DNA from: an uncultured Enterobacterales bacterium
GTDB lineage: Bacteria > Myxococcota_A > UBA796 > CAJQPC01
Direction of reading: 5' to 3'
NCBI GenBank assembly: GCA_964519895.1
Contig: CAZFLE010000009.1
Location: forward strand, 31,610-95,609
DNA length: 64,000 bases
The stretch's first letter is position 1. Each line of letters begins with the position of its first letter. The notes under the pieces are model-generated. The model was not told the origin of the DNA. It worked only from the letters and a program-made list of their open reading frames with translations, and made no database searches. Made by a program: the position numbers and the translations under genes. Below, piece after piece: positions 34,948-44,982 of this stretch.

Positions 34948-36447
34948 TCAAGGACCCAGCACTCCCGTAGAATCGCTTGTGGTGCGGGTCGGTGGGTTCG
35001 TTACCACAAAGGCGAGGGCCAACAGGGCTGTGCAGAGCAAGGCGCCGAGGATCACCTGAGGGGCGAGCAGCTGATCTGCCGGGCCCCACCAGGCCTCCAG
35101 GGCCGCGGCCACGGCCGCCGAACCCAGTGCGATCCCCCCCACCGGTGCCCAGCCCCGCAGGGACCAGGCCTCGGCCAGATCTCCACGCAGGAACCACACC
35201 ATGCACGCCGGCACGACGCACAGGTTGATCGTCGTGGCCAGAGCGATCCCCTGGAGGCCCATGGACGGGATCAACAGCAGGTTCCAGGAGGCGTTGTGAA
35301 CAAGGCTCAGTACGGCCAGGCCGAAGATCAGCCAGACCCGGCGCCGCAAGACGTGGGCGCGGATGGCCATGAGGCCCAGGAGCATCGGCCAGACCCCCGG
35401 GAGGTACCAGCGCAGCACCTGGGCGGTGTCCCAGGTGTCCTGGGGGGTGAAGGCGCCCCGCTCGAACATCCAGTGCACCAGGGGCACCCGGGCGATGAAC
35501 ATGCCGGCCAGCACGGGCGCTGCCAGGGCGCCGACCCAGCGCAGGGACTGGTCGACCGCCGCGCCAAAGCCGGCGTCGCCACGGGCCTGCATGTGCGACC
35601 AGGCCGCATAGGCGACCGGCATCAGGGTCGACGCCAGCAGCACCCGAGGGATCACCCGGGCCCGGTCCGCGTACTCCAGGACCGCCACCGCGCCGGCCGG
35701 CATGGCCCCGGCAAAGAGCTTGTCGACCACCACGTTCGACGCCACCAGGAGCTCGGCGCCCAGGATCGGCACCGCGTCCCGAGAGACCCCGACCAACGAC
35801 GCGTCCCAGCGGAAGACCGGGCGGACCCACAGGCCGTCCCGGGCCAGGACCGCCCAGTTCCAGCTGACCTGGGCGAGCTCTCCCACCAGCAGCCCCAGGG
35901 GCATCGCGTCCGCGCCGACCGGCTCCAGCAGCAACCAGGTGCCGCCGATGGTGGCCACCGCGCGGACCGCGGGAGACAGGGTGGCCCGTCGGAAGGCCCC
36001 GCGGACCTCGCAGCCCACGCGCAGCACCGTCGTCACGGGGGTCAGCACCATGTAGGGCCAGAGCTCCCACAGGAAGCGCGTCGTGAGCGCCCGGGTCTGG
36101 TCGTCGAAGGCCGTCAGCCAGGGCAGCAGGGGCGGCAAGGCCAGGCAGACCCCCAAGCCCAGGGCGCCTCCCAGCAGAGCGCCGCCGACCGCTGCCGCCC
36201 CCGCGAGCTGTGCGGCGTCGGCGGGTCTGTGGGTCAGCGCCTGGGCCAGCGCCGGGGTCAGCGCGATGCCCAGCGCGTTGGAGAACAAGGCCAGGGCCAG
36301 CACGGGGAAGGCGACCGCGTAGAAGTAGGCGTCGGTGGCCTGGTCCACACCGAACCAGAGGGCCAGGGCGATCGTCACGCCGAACGCGCTCCCGCGGGCC
36401 AGCACCGCCAGCGGGACCAGCCACAGAGCGGTGCGACCGACCCTCAC
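34948..36447 (-). CDS. MurJ/MviN-like MOP-superfamily flippase, probably the Wzx-role flippase of the EPS locus (alternative start 36474)
   Basis: About 13-14 hydrophobic segments; FGVDQATDAYFYAVAFP and FERGAFTPQDTWDTAQVLRWY. Confidence 0.82.
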   Translation of the reverse strand: MRVGRTALWLVPLAVLARGSAFGVTIALALWFGVDQATDAYFYAVAFPVLALALFSNALGIALTPALAQALTHRPADAAQLAGAAAVGGALLGGALGLGVCLALPPLLPWLTAFDDQTRALTTRFLWELWPYMVLTPVTTVLRVGCEVRGAFRRATLSPAVRAVATIGGTWLLLEPVGADAMPLGLLVGELAQVSWNWAVLARDGLWVRPVFRWDASLVGVSRDAVPILGAELLVASNVVVDKLFAGAMPAGAVAVLEYADRARVIPRVLLASTLMPVAYAAWSHMQARGDAGFGAAVDQSLRWVGALAAPVLAGMFIARVPLVHWMFERGAFTPQDTWDTAQVLRWYLPGVWPMLLGLMAIRAHVLRRRVWLIFGLAVLSLVHNASWNLLLIPSMGLQGIALATTINLCVVPACMVWFLRGDLAEAWSLRGWAPVGGIALGSAAVAAALEAWWGPADQLLAPQVILGALLCTALLALAFVVTNPPTRTTSDSTGVLGP

Positions 36448-36519
36448 GGGCGGAGCCAGTGGTGGACAGCGCACGGTCCGGCCGGGTAGAAGCCGGGCTC
36501 CCCAAGGTCCGGTCCGTCC

Positions 36520-37263
36520 ATGTCCGCTCGCTGTCTGAGACTGCTGCTTGGCGCCCTGTGGTTGGTCCTCGTGGCCTGCGGTGGCAAGACCGGCCCGCCC
36601 AACGTGGCCGAGAGCGACGACGTCGTGACCCTGCGCCCGCCCGCACCCGAGGACTTCGTGTTCGGCCCGGGCGACGTGATCGACATCAAGGTCTGGCGCC
36701 AGCCGGACATGGACATGCAGATCGTCATCGCTCCCGACGGCGCCATCACCTACCCCTTGGTGGGTCGGCTGGAGGTGGCCGGACTGACCTATCCGGAGCT
36801 GGTGACCACCATCGAGACGGCGCTCATGGAGTACTACACCGAGCCCTCCGTCGCGGTGAACGTGGTCCAGGTCAGCAACCAGAAGGTCTTCATCCTGGGC
36901 GAGGTGCGGTCACCCGCCGTGCTGCAGATCGAGAACGACCTGTCCATCCTCGAGGCGCTCACCCGCACCGGCGGCATCAACCCGGACGCCCGCACCGACA
37001 ACGTGCTGCTGGTCCGCGGTGGGCTCGACGAGCCCCAGCTCTACACCGTCGACGTCAACGCCATCTTCGCCAAGGGCGACTTCTCACAGATGGTCTACCT
37101 GCAGCGCGGGGACATCGTGCTCGTGCCGGCCAAGACCATCGTGAACGTCGAGCGCTTCTTCCGGCGCGTGCAGGGCATGTTGGCGCCGTTCCTGTCGGGG
37201 TCCGCCATCTACCGGAACGTGATCACCGGGGGTGCTCAGGGCACCAGCGCCGGGCTCCAGTAG
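36520..37263 (+). CDS. wza: Polysaccharide export (OPX) lipoprotein, Wza-like
   Basis: Lipobox LVAC, FGPGDVIDIKVW, IAPDGAITYPLVG, SLBB domain VFILGEVRSP, and a C-terminal amphipathic helix ERFFRRVQGMLAPFLSG. Confidence 0.9.
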   Translation: MSARCLRLLLGALWLVLVACGGKTGPPNVAESDDVVTLRPPAPEDFVFGPGDVIDIKVWRQPDMDMQIVIAPDGAITYPLVGRLEVAGLTYPELVTTIETALMEYYTEPSVAVNVVQVSNQKVFILGEVRSPAVLQIENDLSILEALTRTGGINPDARTDNVLLVRGGLDEPQLYTVDVNAIFAKGDFSQMVYLQRGDIVLVPAKTIVNVERFFRRVQGMLAPFLSGSAIYRNVITGGAQGTSAGLQ

Positions 37264-37281
37264 GGCAGCGGGCGCTCACTC

Positions 37282-38727
37282 ATGCGTCGTCACGGCTGGT
37301 TCCCGGTCGCCCTGGCCGTGCTGGACGCGGTGCTCATGGCCGTGGCCTTGCTCGGTGCCTGGCGCACCTGGCTGTGGTGGAAGACCAACCACAACCAACT
37401 GGTCCAGCCCGACTACCTGGACCTGGTCACCTACAACCCGTGGATGCCTTCGGCCCTGCTCTTGGGGCTGGCCTGGATCTTCTTCCTGCGGCAGCTGGGC
37501 TACTACGACCCCCTCCGCATCCCCACGGCGGTGCGGGCCGCTGGCGTGCTGACCCGGTCGCTGGTCTACGTGATCGTGCTCGTCGTCACCGTCGAGTTCT
37601 TCGAGGAACGACACTACAGCCGCAGCCTGATCGCCCCCTTCCTGGTCTATTCCTTCGTGACCATGGGGGCGGCCCGCTGGATCCTGTTCCGGGCCGGGCG
37701 CATCGCCCCGGTGGGTGCGCCGGCCCAGGGCCTGGCCATCGTGGGACTGGGCGACGACGCACAGCTCATGGAGGGCCGGCTGGTTCGCTTCGGCCACTCC
37801 CAGTGGCGCACCGTGGGCTTCATCGCGCCGAGCGAGGTCGACCGCGATGACCAGGTCGTGGCCGCCGATCGGGTGCTGGGAACGGTCTACGACCTTGTCA
37901 ACCTGGTCAACGAGCACGACATCGCCGTGGTGGTGCTGGCCACCCGCTTCCTGGGGCGCGAAGAGGCCCTGGCTCTGGCGATGCGCTGCGACCAGATGGG
38001 CCTGCGGGTGCTCCAGGTGCCGTTCACCTGGGGGCTGGTCTCGCCGCGGCTGCGGTTTGCCGAGCTCGGCGACCTGCAGCTCATCGACCTCTCCGAGCTC
38101 AGCTACCCGTCCCTGGGCGAGTACTTCAAGCGGGGCTTCGACCTGCTGGCCGTCAGCCTGGGTGGCCTGGTGATCATGCCGCTGCTGGCGACCGTGGCTG
38201 CGGCGGTCAAGGCCGACGGGGGCCCTCTGTTCTACGCGTCGCCGCGGGTCGGCAAGGGTGGCCGCGCCTTCCCTTTCTTCAAATTCCGCTCGATGGTGGT
38301 GGGGGCCGAGGAGCTGAAGGCCGATCTGATGGATCAGAACGAGACCGATGGTCCCCTGTTCAAGATGCAGAACGATCCCCGGGTCACGCGGGTGGGCCGC
38401 TTCATCCGGAAGTACTCCCTGGACGAATTCCCCCAGTTCCTCAACGTGCTGCGGGGCGACATGAACCTGGTCGGTCCGCGCCCACTGCCGATCGGCGACC
38501 TGGCGGGCATCGAGGACGATCCAGAGGCGGCGTACTGGTTCGAGCTGCGCCACAAGGTCCCGCCGGGCATCACCGGGCTGTGGCAGGTGATGGGCCGTTC
38601 AGACCTGGGCTTCCAGGAGATGGTCCAGCTGGACATCTACTACATCCAGAACTGGTCGCCGTGGCTGGATCTCAAGATCCTGCTGCTCACCGTGCCGGCT
38701 GTGCTGAAGGGACGAGGCGCTGCGTGA
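37282..38727 (+). CDS. Polyisoprenyl-phosphate hexose-1-phosphate transferase (WcaJ/WbaP/EpsZ-like priming enzyme)
   Basis: N-terminal TMs, [49 protein letters not shown] and PGITGLWQV. Confidence 0.95.
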   Translation: MRRHGWFPVALAVLDAVLMAVALLGAWRTWLWWKTNHNQLVQPDYLDLVTYNPWMPSALLLGLAWIFFLRQLGYYDPLRIPTAVRAAGVLTRSLVYVIVLVVTVEFFEERHYSRSLIAPFLVYSFVTMGAARWILFRAGRIAPVGAPAQGLAIVGLGDDAQLMEGRLVRFGHSQWRTVGFIAPSEVDRDDQVVAADRVLGTVYDLVNLVNEHDIAVVVLATRFLGREEALALAMRCDQMGLRVLQVPFTWGLVSPRLRFAELGDLQLIDLSELSYPSLGEYFKRGFDLLAVSLGGLVIMPLLATVAAAVKADGGPLFYASPRVGKGGRAFPFFKFRSMVVGAEELKADLMDQNETDGPLFKMQNDPRVTRVGRFIRKYSLDEFPQFLNVLRGDMNLVGPRPLPIGDLAGIEDDPEAAYWFELRHKVPPGITGLWQVMGRSDLGFQEMVQLDIYYIQNWSPWLDLKILLLTVPAVLKGRGAA

Positions 38728-38793
38728 AGGCGGCGTGAAGGGCGCGTAAGGCCCCGCGATCAGCGGGCGGAGGCCAGGTTGCGGTGCTATGTT
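38722..38793 (+). promoter_or_regulatory. Three 11-bp-period direct repeats followed by an extended -10, upstream of wzc
   Basis: GCGTGAAGG at 38722 and 38733, GCGTAAGG at 38744; TGcTATGTT at 38785-38793; no good -35. Confidence 0.4.
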
Positions 38794-38826
38794 GCGCCGC
38801 GCTGAGGCAGCAGAGGAAGGGACGCC

Positions 38827-40962
38827 ATGGAACTGGTGAGGCTCTACAGCGCAATCCTGCGTCGCAAGTGGGTTCTCATCCAGGCGATCGTGTTCTTCAC
38901 GCTCGCTGGACTGGCTGCGGCCATGACCCTGCCCAAGTCCTACCAGGCCACGGCCAAGATGATGGGCACCACGTCGGACACCAGCTTGTCCGTGCTGAGT
39001 GACCTGGGCCTGTCCGAGGTCGCCCAGGGGCTGACCGGCTCCTCTGACGACATCCAGAACCACATCGCGCTCGCCACCACCCGGCCCATCCTGGAAGAGC
39101 TGGTCTGGCGGCTGCAGCTGCGCAACGACGCCGGCGATCTGCTCAACCCCGAGAAGCTCTTGATCCCCGGGGTGACCGGGTCCCTGGACGCGGCGCCCTA
39201 CGTCGAGATCAAGCAGCACCAGGGCAGCGACATCATCCTGGTCACGGCCCGCACGTCCGATCCCGAGCTGTCCCGTCTCATGGCGGACACGCTGGTCCGG
39301 CTCTACATCGCCGAGACCCAGTCCACCGCTCGGCGGGAGACCCGCGAAGCCCGGCGCTTCGTCGAAGGTCGCCTCGAGGTGGTCCGGGGCGAGCTCGAGG
39401 CCGCCCTGACCGAGATCTCCGACGCCCAGGTCGCGGCCGAGGTCGTCGATCTCGACGCCGAGATCCGCGCCGGTCTGCTGCGGCTGAGCGAGCTCATGAT
39501 GGCCGGCGAGGAAAACGCCAGCCGCATCCAAGAGGTCCGCGCCCAGATCGAAGCCGTGCGCAGCAGCCAGGGCAAGGAGTCCGCGGACTTCCTGGGACCC
39601 GGCACCGTGTCGACGAACAGCGACATTCGGTCCCTGCGCGAGGAGCGCCTCAAGATCGTCCAGCAGCGCGAGGTGCTGGCCCTGGAGAAGACCGAGAAGC
39701 ACCCCGACGTGGTCAAGCTCGACACGGCGCTGGCGTCCCTGGACAGCGAGCTGTCACGGGCCCTCGAGGAGCAGCACACCCTCGATCCGCAGCTGCTCAA
39801 GCTCGAGGCCGAGCTCTCGGGTCTGCGCAGCCGCGGGCGGGAGCTGAACAACGCCATCGACCGCACGTCGGCCGACTTCGCTGGGTATCCCGAGAAGATC
39901 CGCACCCTGAGTCAGCTCGAGGTCGGCGCGTCGGCCGCCGAAGAGGTCTACCGCTCGCTCCAGGACCAGAAGTACCAGATCGCCATCGCCGAGGCGATGA
40001 CCGTGTCACCGCTGCAATTCGTGGAGCCCGCGGTCCGCCCCGAGCGCCCGGTGTTCCCCAAGATGCTGCCGAACCTGGTGGTCGGGTTCGGCCTGGGCGT
40101 GCTGTTCGGGCTGGCCCTGGTGGCCGCCTTCGAGTACGTCGACGACTCCATCAAGAGTCCCGAGGAATTGCGCACGTTCTGGGACCTGCCGCTCCTGGGA
40201 CTGATTCCCCGCTTCAAGGTCACGGCCGAGTCCACGGGGCTGATCGACGAACGCAAACACACCGATCCGGTGGTCGAGTCCTACCGCACCCTGCGGTCGG
40301 CCATCGCGTTCTCGACCCTGGACGCCAACGCCAAGATGGTCTTGGTCACGTCCAGCCTGCCAGAGGAAGGCAAGAGCACGCTCAGCACAAACCTGGCCAT
40401 CAGCTACGCCCAGGACGGCAAGCGGGTGCTGGTGGTGGACTGCGATCTACGGCGTCCGCGGCAGCACCGCTTCTGGCAGGGCATGTCCAACGACGTCGGC
40501 GTGACGTCCTTGCTGCTGGGCACGGTCACACCAGAAGAAGCCATCAAGCACACCCGGGTCGAGGGCTTCGACATCCTGACTTCGGGCCCGGTGCCGCCGA
40601 ACCCGGGCCGCCTGGTCGAGTCGCTGAAGCTCCGCCAGCTCCTGCTCGAAGTGTCCAAGTCCTATGACCTGGTCATCGTGGACAGCCCGCCGGTGCTGGT
40701 GGTCAGCGACGCGATGATCATCAGTCGGCTGGTGGACCACACCCTGCTGGTGGTCGAGGCGAGCGGCACCACCAAGCGCGTGCTCTCCGAGGTGCGGGAG
40801 CAGCTGCGTTCCGGCGGCTTGGAGCCCCTGGGCCTGGTGTTCAACAAGGTCGGCTTCAACGCCGGCTACGGCTACACCTACTACGCCCGCCGGGCGTATG
40901 AGACCTACTACAAGGAGGGCGACAAGCCCGCGACCCCACCCGCCGAGGGAGGTGCCGCATGA
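38827..40962 (+). CDS. wzc: Polysaccharide co-polymerase / BY-kinase Wzc
   Basis: Two TMs flanking a coiled periplasmic region; ESYRTLRS, Walker A SSLPEEGKST, VDCDLRRP, IVDSPP and Tyr cluster GYGYTYYARRAYETYY. Confidence 0.95.
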   Translation: MELVRLYSAILRRKWVLIQAIVFFTLAGLAAAMTLPKSYQATAKMMGTTSDTSLSVLSDLGLSEVAQGLTGSSDDIQNHIALATTRPILEELVWRLQLRNDAGDLLNPEKLLIPGVTGSLDAAPYVEIKQHQGSDIILVTARTSDPELSRLMADTLVRLYIAETQSTARRETREARRFVEGRLEVVRGELEAALTEISDAQVAAEVVDLDAEIRAGLLRLSELMMAGEENASRIQEVRAQIEAVRSSQGKESADFLGPGTVSTNSDIRSLREERLKIVQQREVLALEKTEKHPDVVKLDTALASLDSELSRALEEQHTLDPQLLKLEAELSGLRSRGRELNNAIDRTSADFAGYPEKIRTLSQLEVGASAAEEVYRSLQDQKYQIAIAEAMTVSPLQFVEPAVRPERPVFPKMLPNLVVGFGLGVLFGLALVAAFEYVDDSIKSPEELRTFWDLPLLGLIPRFKVTAESTGLIDERKHTDPVVESYRTLRSAIAFSTLDANAKMVLVTSSLPEEGKSTLSTNLAISYAQDGKRVLVVDCDLRRPRQHRFWQGMSNDVGVTSLLLGTVTPEEAIKHTRVEGFDILTSGPVPPNPGRLVESLKLRQLLLEVSKSYDLVIVDSPPVLVVSDAMIISRLVDHTLLVVEASGTTKRVLSEVREQLRSGGLEPLGLVFNKVGFNAGYGYTYYARRAYETYYKEGDKPATPPAEGGAA

Positions 40963-41492
40963 GCCCGACCCTGCTCCTGTGGGTCCTGGCCTGTGGACCC
41001 AAGCCCGAAACCGTCATCACCGGCCTGAACAACGAGAACCCTGCGGTCCGCCAGGACATGGTCAAGATCGCCCGCAAGTACGACGATCCGGGTGTGGTCG
41101 ATGCGCTGACCGTGGCCCTGGACGACTCCGAGGCGGTGATCCGGCTGAGCGCCGTGGAGAGCCTGTCCTTCCTGGACAGCGCCAGTGCGGTGCCAGCGCT
41201 GATCAAGTGTCTGTCGGATCCCAATGACAAGGTCCAGCGCGCGGCCGTCGACGCGCTCGGCAAGCTCGCCGACCCCGAAGCCACCGAGCCGCTGATGGCT
41301 TACGTGCGCGACCGTCTGGGGGACCGCGTGCCGCTGAACGCCCTGTGGGCCTTGGGCAACATCGCCGACATGCGGGCCATGGGCTTGCTCTCCCAGCTGC
41401 GCACCCACGCCGACCCGTACGTGGCCTACAACGCCCACCAGGCCTTGCGCCAACTCAAGCCGGGCGCTGCCTCGGGTGACTCCGAGGGCTGA
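40959..41492 (+). CDS. HEAT-repeat lipoprotein
   Basis: Lipobox VLAC; repeats LDDSEAVIRLSAVESL and LSDPNDKVQRAAVDALGKL; ATGA-coupled to wzc. Confidence 0.82.
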   Translation: MSPTLLLWVLACGPKPETVITGLNNENPAVRQDMVKIARKYDDPGVVDALTVALDDSEAVIRLSAVESLSFLDSASAVPALIKCLSDPNDKVQRAAVDALGKLADPEATEPLMAYVRDRLGDRVPLNALWALGNIADMRAMGLLSQLRTHADPYVAYNAHQALRQLKPGAASGDSEG

Positions 41493-41494
41493 CG

Positions 41495-43009
41495 GTGCTG
41501 ACGTGCCTTGCCGCGGCCTCTGCGGCCCTGGCGGCTCCCGTCGTAGAGCCCGAGGTCCTGCTCCAGGACCAGCTGGTGTCCATGGGCGTGCTCGATCAGC
41601 TGGCCGGTGCCAGTGACCACGGCGGGCGGGCCCAGGCCCAGGCCCTCGCACGTGGGACCGATGCGCTGCCGTGGCAGGCCGAGGTGCTGGGCCCGGCTCT
41701 GGCCCCCTGGACGGACCTGGCGCCCATGTGGCCCAATTGGGCCGCCCGCGGGTGGGCCCGCAGCGCGGCTGGGAACGCTCGGCCGCTGAACCTGTTCGGC
41801 GACGCCGAGCCCGGTCTGGTGTCCCAGCGCTTCGGGGCCAGCCTGGACGTGCAGAACCGGTGGATGACGCTGCGGCTGGCGCCGGAGCTGGGGGCGGACG
41901 CTGGGGGCACAGGGGCCGTCGGACTCACCGGCCTCGAGGCCTGGGTGGCGGCACACTGGCGGGGGCTCCGGGTGGGCTTCGGGACCCGCCCTCGCGGCCT
42001 CGGACCCGGCCACCTCAGCGGGCTCGTCATCGGGGAGGCGGCGCGGCCCTGGCCCGCCGGCGAGGTGGCGTGGGAGGGCCGGCTGCCCGTGGTCGGCAGG
42101 CTGCGCGCCGAGACGTCGGTGGGCTGGCTGCCCGGCGAGCGCCAGGACGTGCTCCGGCCCGGGGTCCTGCACATGGACTTTCGCTGGGCGCCGATCCCCC
42201 TGATCGAGCTGGGCGCCTCCAGGCTCTCTCTCTTCGGGGGCACGGAGCCCAGCGGAGAGAGGCGGCCGGTGGACGTGCTCCAGCTGATCGCGCCCACCGA
42301 TCCGCACGTCTACGACGATGAAGGCCGGGACCTCGCCGACACCGACGAGCTGGCTGCCTTGGATGTGCGCCTGATCCTGCCGCTGCAGCGCTGGATCCCG
42401 GGCCCCATCGACGCCGTCGAGGTCTGGTACCAGTACGGTGGCGAGGACATGATCGTCAGGTCCATCGGCCCCTTGCCTTCCCCGTCGCTGGCCGGTGTTG
42501 CCAACCTGTACGGCGCCCAGGTCTCCGGGGAGCGCTGGTGGGTGCTCGTGGAGCGAGCGGTCTTGATGGACGACCTGTTTCGCTGGTACGTAGGCCACCG
42601 CATCTACCACGAGGGCTTCACGCGAGATGGCCAGTCCCTGGGCCACGTCAACGGCGGTGACCAGGCCACGTGGTGGGCCCAGGCCGGCTGGACGCCCCTG
42701 CCTTGGGGGGGCTCGATCTGGCTGGAACAGGTCCGTCGCGTCGGCGCCATCGAGAAGGCCGAGAGCGGGGCGGTGTTCACGCTCATGACCGAGGAACACC
42801 GCTGGCGCGTGGGCGCCCAGGCGTGGAAGCTCCGGCCGGGCGGCGGGCACCTGGGGCTGGGCGCTGAGCTCGTGCGCACCACCGGGCGCGACTTCGTGCC
42901 CGACGCCGACGACTGGACGGCCCGCGCCTGGGTCGAGTGGCGCACGGATCTGGCCTGGGGCCGGACTGGTCCGCCCTGGCGTGACCCGAGCGCCGGGAGC
43001 GCTCCGTGA
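41495..43009 (+). CDS. wzi: Wzi-like capsule assembly outer-membrane beta-barrel
   Basis: Signal peptide, helical N-terminal plug-like segment, GLRVGFGTRPRGLGPGHLSGLVIG, IELGASRLSLFGG and YHEGFTRDGQSLGHVNGGD. Confidence 0.72.
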   Translation: MLTCLAAASAALAAPVVEPEVLLQDQLVSMGVLDQLAGASDHGGRAQAQALARGTDALPWQAEVLGPALAPWTDLAPMWPNWAARGWARSAAGNARPLNLFGDAEPGLVSQRFGASLDVQNRWMTLRLAPELGADAGGTGAVGLTGLEAWVAAHWRGLRVGFGTRPRGLGPGHLSGLVIGEAARPWPAGEVAWEGRLPVVGRLRAETSVGWLPGERQDVLRPGVLHMDFRWAPIPLIELGASRLSLFGGTEPSGERRPVDVLQLIAPTDPHVYDDEGRDLADTDELAALDVRLILPLQRWIPGPIDAVEVWYQYGGEDMIVRSIGPLPSPSLAGVANLYGAQVSGERWWVLVERAVLMDDLFRWYVGHRIYHEGFTRDGQSLGHVNGGDQATWWAQAGWTPLPWGGSIWLEQVRRVGAIEKAESGAVFTLMTEEHRWRVGAQAWKLRPGGGHLGLGAELVRTTGRDFVPDADDWTARAWVEWRTDLAWGRTGPPWRDPSAGSAP

Positions 43010-44973
43010 GCCGTCGCCTGCTGCTGGGCATGGCTGCAGGCCTGGTCGCGGGCAGCGGCGTGGGGCTGGTGGAGGCCCTCTGGGTGCTCACCAGCTCGGG
43101 GGCACCGACCGAGTACGTGGCGTTGTTCTACGCCGTGGTGCTGTACGGGGCGATCGGCCTCGCGCTGGGTGTGGGCGCGGGCGTGGTGGTTGCGGCTGTG
43201 GGTCTCGTGGTGCGCCTGGGCGACCCAGGGGCCTGGACCCTGGGCTTCCTGGTGGTGTTCCTATCTCTGGGGGGCGTGATCGCCGTCCGGGTGGTGGATC
43301 GGGTGGTGTTCCTGGAGCAGGGGCTCTCGCCGCTCGGCCAGGGCGTGCTCACGGCGCTGGGCCTGGCGGTGGCGCTGCCCGGGGCATGGATCCTGCCCAT
43401 CCTGATGACGCGCACGCCGCTCAAGGTGCTCCTGGGGGCCAAGGGCACGGCGACCCTGTGGACGGGCCTGGTGCTGATGTCGGCTGTCTTCTCCTTTGCC
43501 CCCGGCGGGCCGCACCCCCACGGACAGTTGCGACCGGACCGCAGCCAGGACCCCCGCATTCGGGCCCGTCCGAACGTCCTGATCGTGCTGGTCGACAGCT
43601 TGAGAGCCGATCACTTGGGCGCCTACGGGACCTGGCCCCAGGACCACACGCCAGCGATGGATGCCCTGGCGGCCGAGAGCGTGGTCTTCGAGCAGGCCTA
43701 TGCAGCGTCGTCGTGGACCCGGGCCAGCACCGCCACCCTGTTGACGTCGATGCTGCCCGGCAGCCACCGGACCCTCAGCAAGTCCGCGGTGTTGCCGAGC
43801 GATGTCTACACTCTGGCCGAAGCCCTCCAAGAGCAGGGCTGGGTCACGGGGGGCCTGCCCAACAGCATCCACCTGGCCCGATCCTTCAATTTCCAGCAGG
43901 GCTTCGACTACTTCCGCTATCTGGCCCCCGACTACCTGTACGGGGCGACGGAGTCCGCGTCGCAGCTCGCGATGTACGCCACCGTGCGGGAGTTGCGGGC
44001 ACGGCTGATGCCTTCGGGGCTGCGGGTCAGCGACTACTACCAGCCCGCGGCGGTGGTGCTCGACCATGCCCGGCACTTCATCGAAGCACAGGGAGACGAT
44101 CGGTGGCTGCTGTTCGTGCACCTGATGGAGCCGCACGGCCCCTACTTCCAGCACCCCCTCGACGGCGTGGCCCGGGGACCTGGCTCCGGGGACCAGGGCA
44201 CCTCGGATCAGGCCGCAGCGGCCTATGCCGGCGAGGTGGCCGCGCTGGACGCCGAGCTGGGCGCGTTCCTCCAGGACCTGCGGTCCCAGGGGTGGGACGA
44301 CACGCTGGTCATCCTGACGGCCGATCACGGCGAGGAGCTCCAGGACCATGGTGCCCAGGGCCATGGCACGAGCCTCTATGACGAGTTGCTCCACGTGCCG
44401 CTGATCGTCAAGCTGCCCCAGGCTCTGCACGCCGGGGAGCGCGTGCCGTGGCAGGTCCGCTCCCTCGACGTGGCACCCACGGTGGCAGCCGCCTTGGGCT
44501 TTCCCTCGTCGCCCCAGTGGCAGGGCGCCGATCTGTTCGATCGGACCTACCGGGAGGGCCAGGACCGGCTGCGACGTGAGCAGGCCCAGGCCTTGGCGGT
44601 CGCCCAGGGGATCGAAGGTGCGGTCCCCCCTCTGGTGAGGGAGCCTGGGGTCAGTCCAGAGGACCGTCCCGTGGTGGCCCAGGCGGACTTCGAGGGCCAT
44701 CGGCTCACGGCGATCCGGGCCGGCGGCTGGAAGTACGTCAAGGCCCTCGACGGCGGCTCCAGGGCCCTGGAGCCCGAGGAGCTGTACCACGTGAGTGTCG
44801 ACCCTCAGGAGCGCACCAACCTGGCGGGGGGGGCCGGGGTGGTCCAGGCCAGGCTGGATCAGGAGCTGGCAGAGGCCCTGGCCCTTGCGGCTGCGAGGGC
44901 AGCCAGCGGTCGGGACCCCGAGCTCGACCAGGCGGCGTCGGAGCGGATGCGGGCCCTGGGTACCCCGGACTGA
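43006..44973 (+). CDS. Membrane-anchored sulfatase-like hydrolase/transferase (five N-terminal TMs)
   Basis: PNVLIVLVDSLRADH, SSWTRASTATLLT, FVHLMEPHGPY, TADHGEE, LHVPLIVK and LDVAPT; ends RMRALG. Confidence 0.88.
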   Translation: MSRRLLLGMAAGLVAGSGVGLVEALWVLTSSGAPTEYVALFYAVVLYGAIGLALGVGAGVVVAAVGLVVRLGDPGAWTLGFLVVFLSLGGVIAVRVVDRVVFLEQGLSPLGQGVLTALGLAVALPGAWILPILMTRTPLKVLLGAKGTATLWTGLVLMSAVFSFAPGGPHPHGQLRPDRSQDPRIRARPNVLIVLVDSLRADHLGAYGTWPQDHTPAMDALAAESVVFEQAYAASSWTRASTATLLTSMLPGSHRTLSKSAVLPSDVYTLAEALQEQGWVTGGLPNSIHLARSFNFQQGFDYFRYLAPDYLYGATESASQLAMYATVRELRARLMPSGLRVSDYYQPAAVVLDHARHFIEAQGDDRWLLFVHLMEPHGPYFQHPLDGVARGPGSGDQGTSDQAAAAYAGEVAALDAELGAFLQDLRSQGWDDTLVILTADHGEELQDHGAQGHGTSLYDELLHVPLIVKLPQALHAGERVPWQVRSLDVAPTVAAALGFPSSPQWQGADLFDRTYREGQDRLRREQAQALAVAQGIEGAVPPLVREPGVSPEDRPVVAQADFEGHRLTAIRAGGWKYVKALDGGSRALEPEELYHVSVDPQERTNLAGGAGVVQARLDQELAEALALAAARAASGRDPELDQAASERMRALGTPD

Positions 44974-44982
44974 CCGAGCGGA

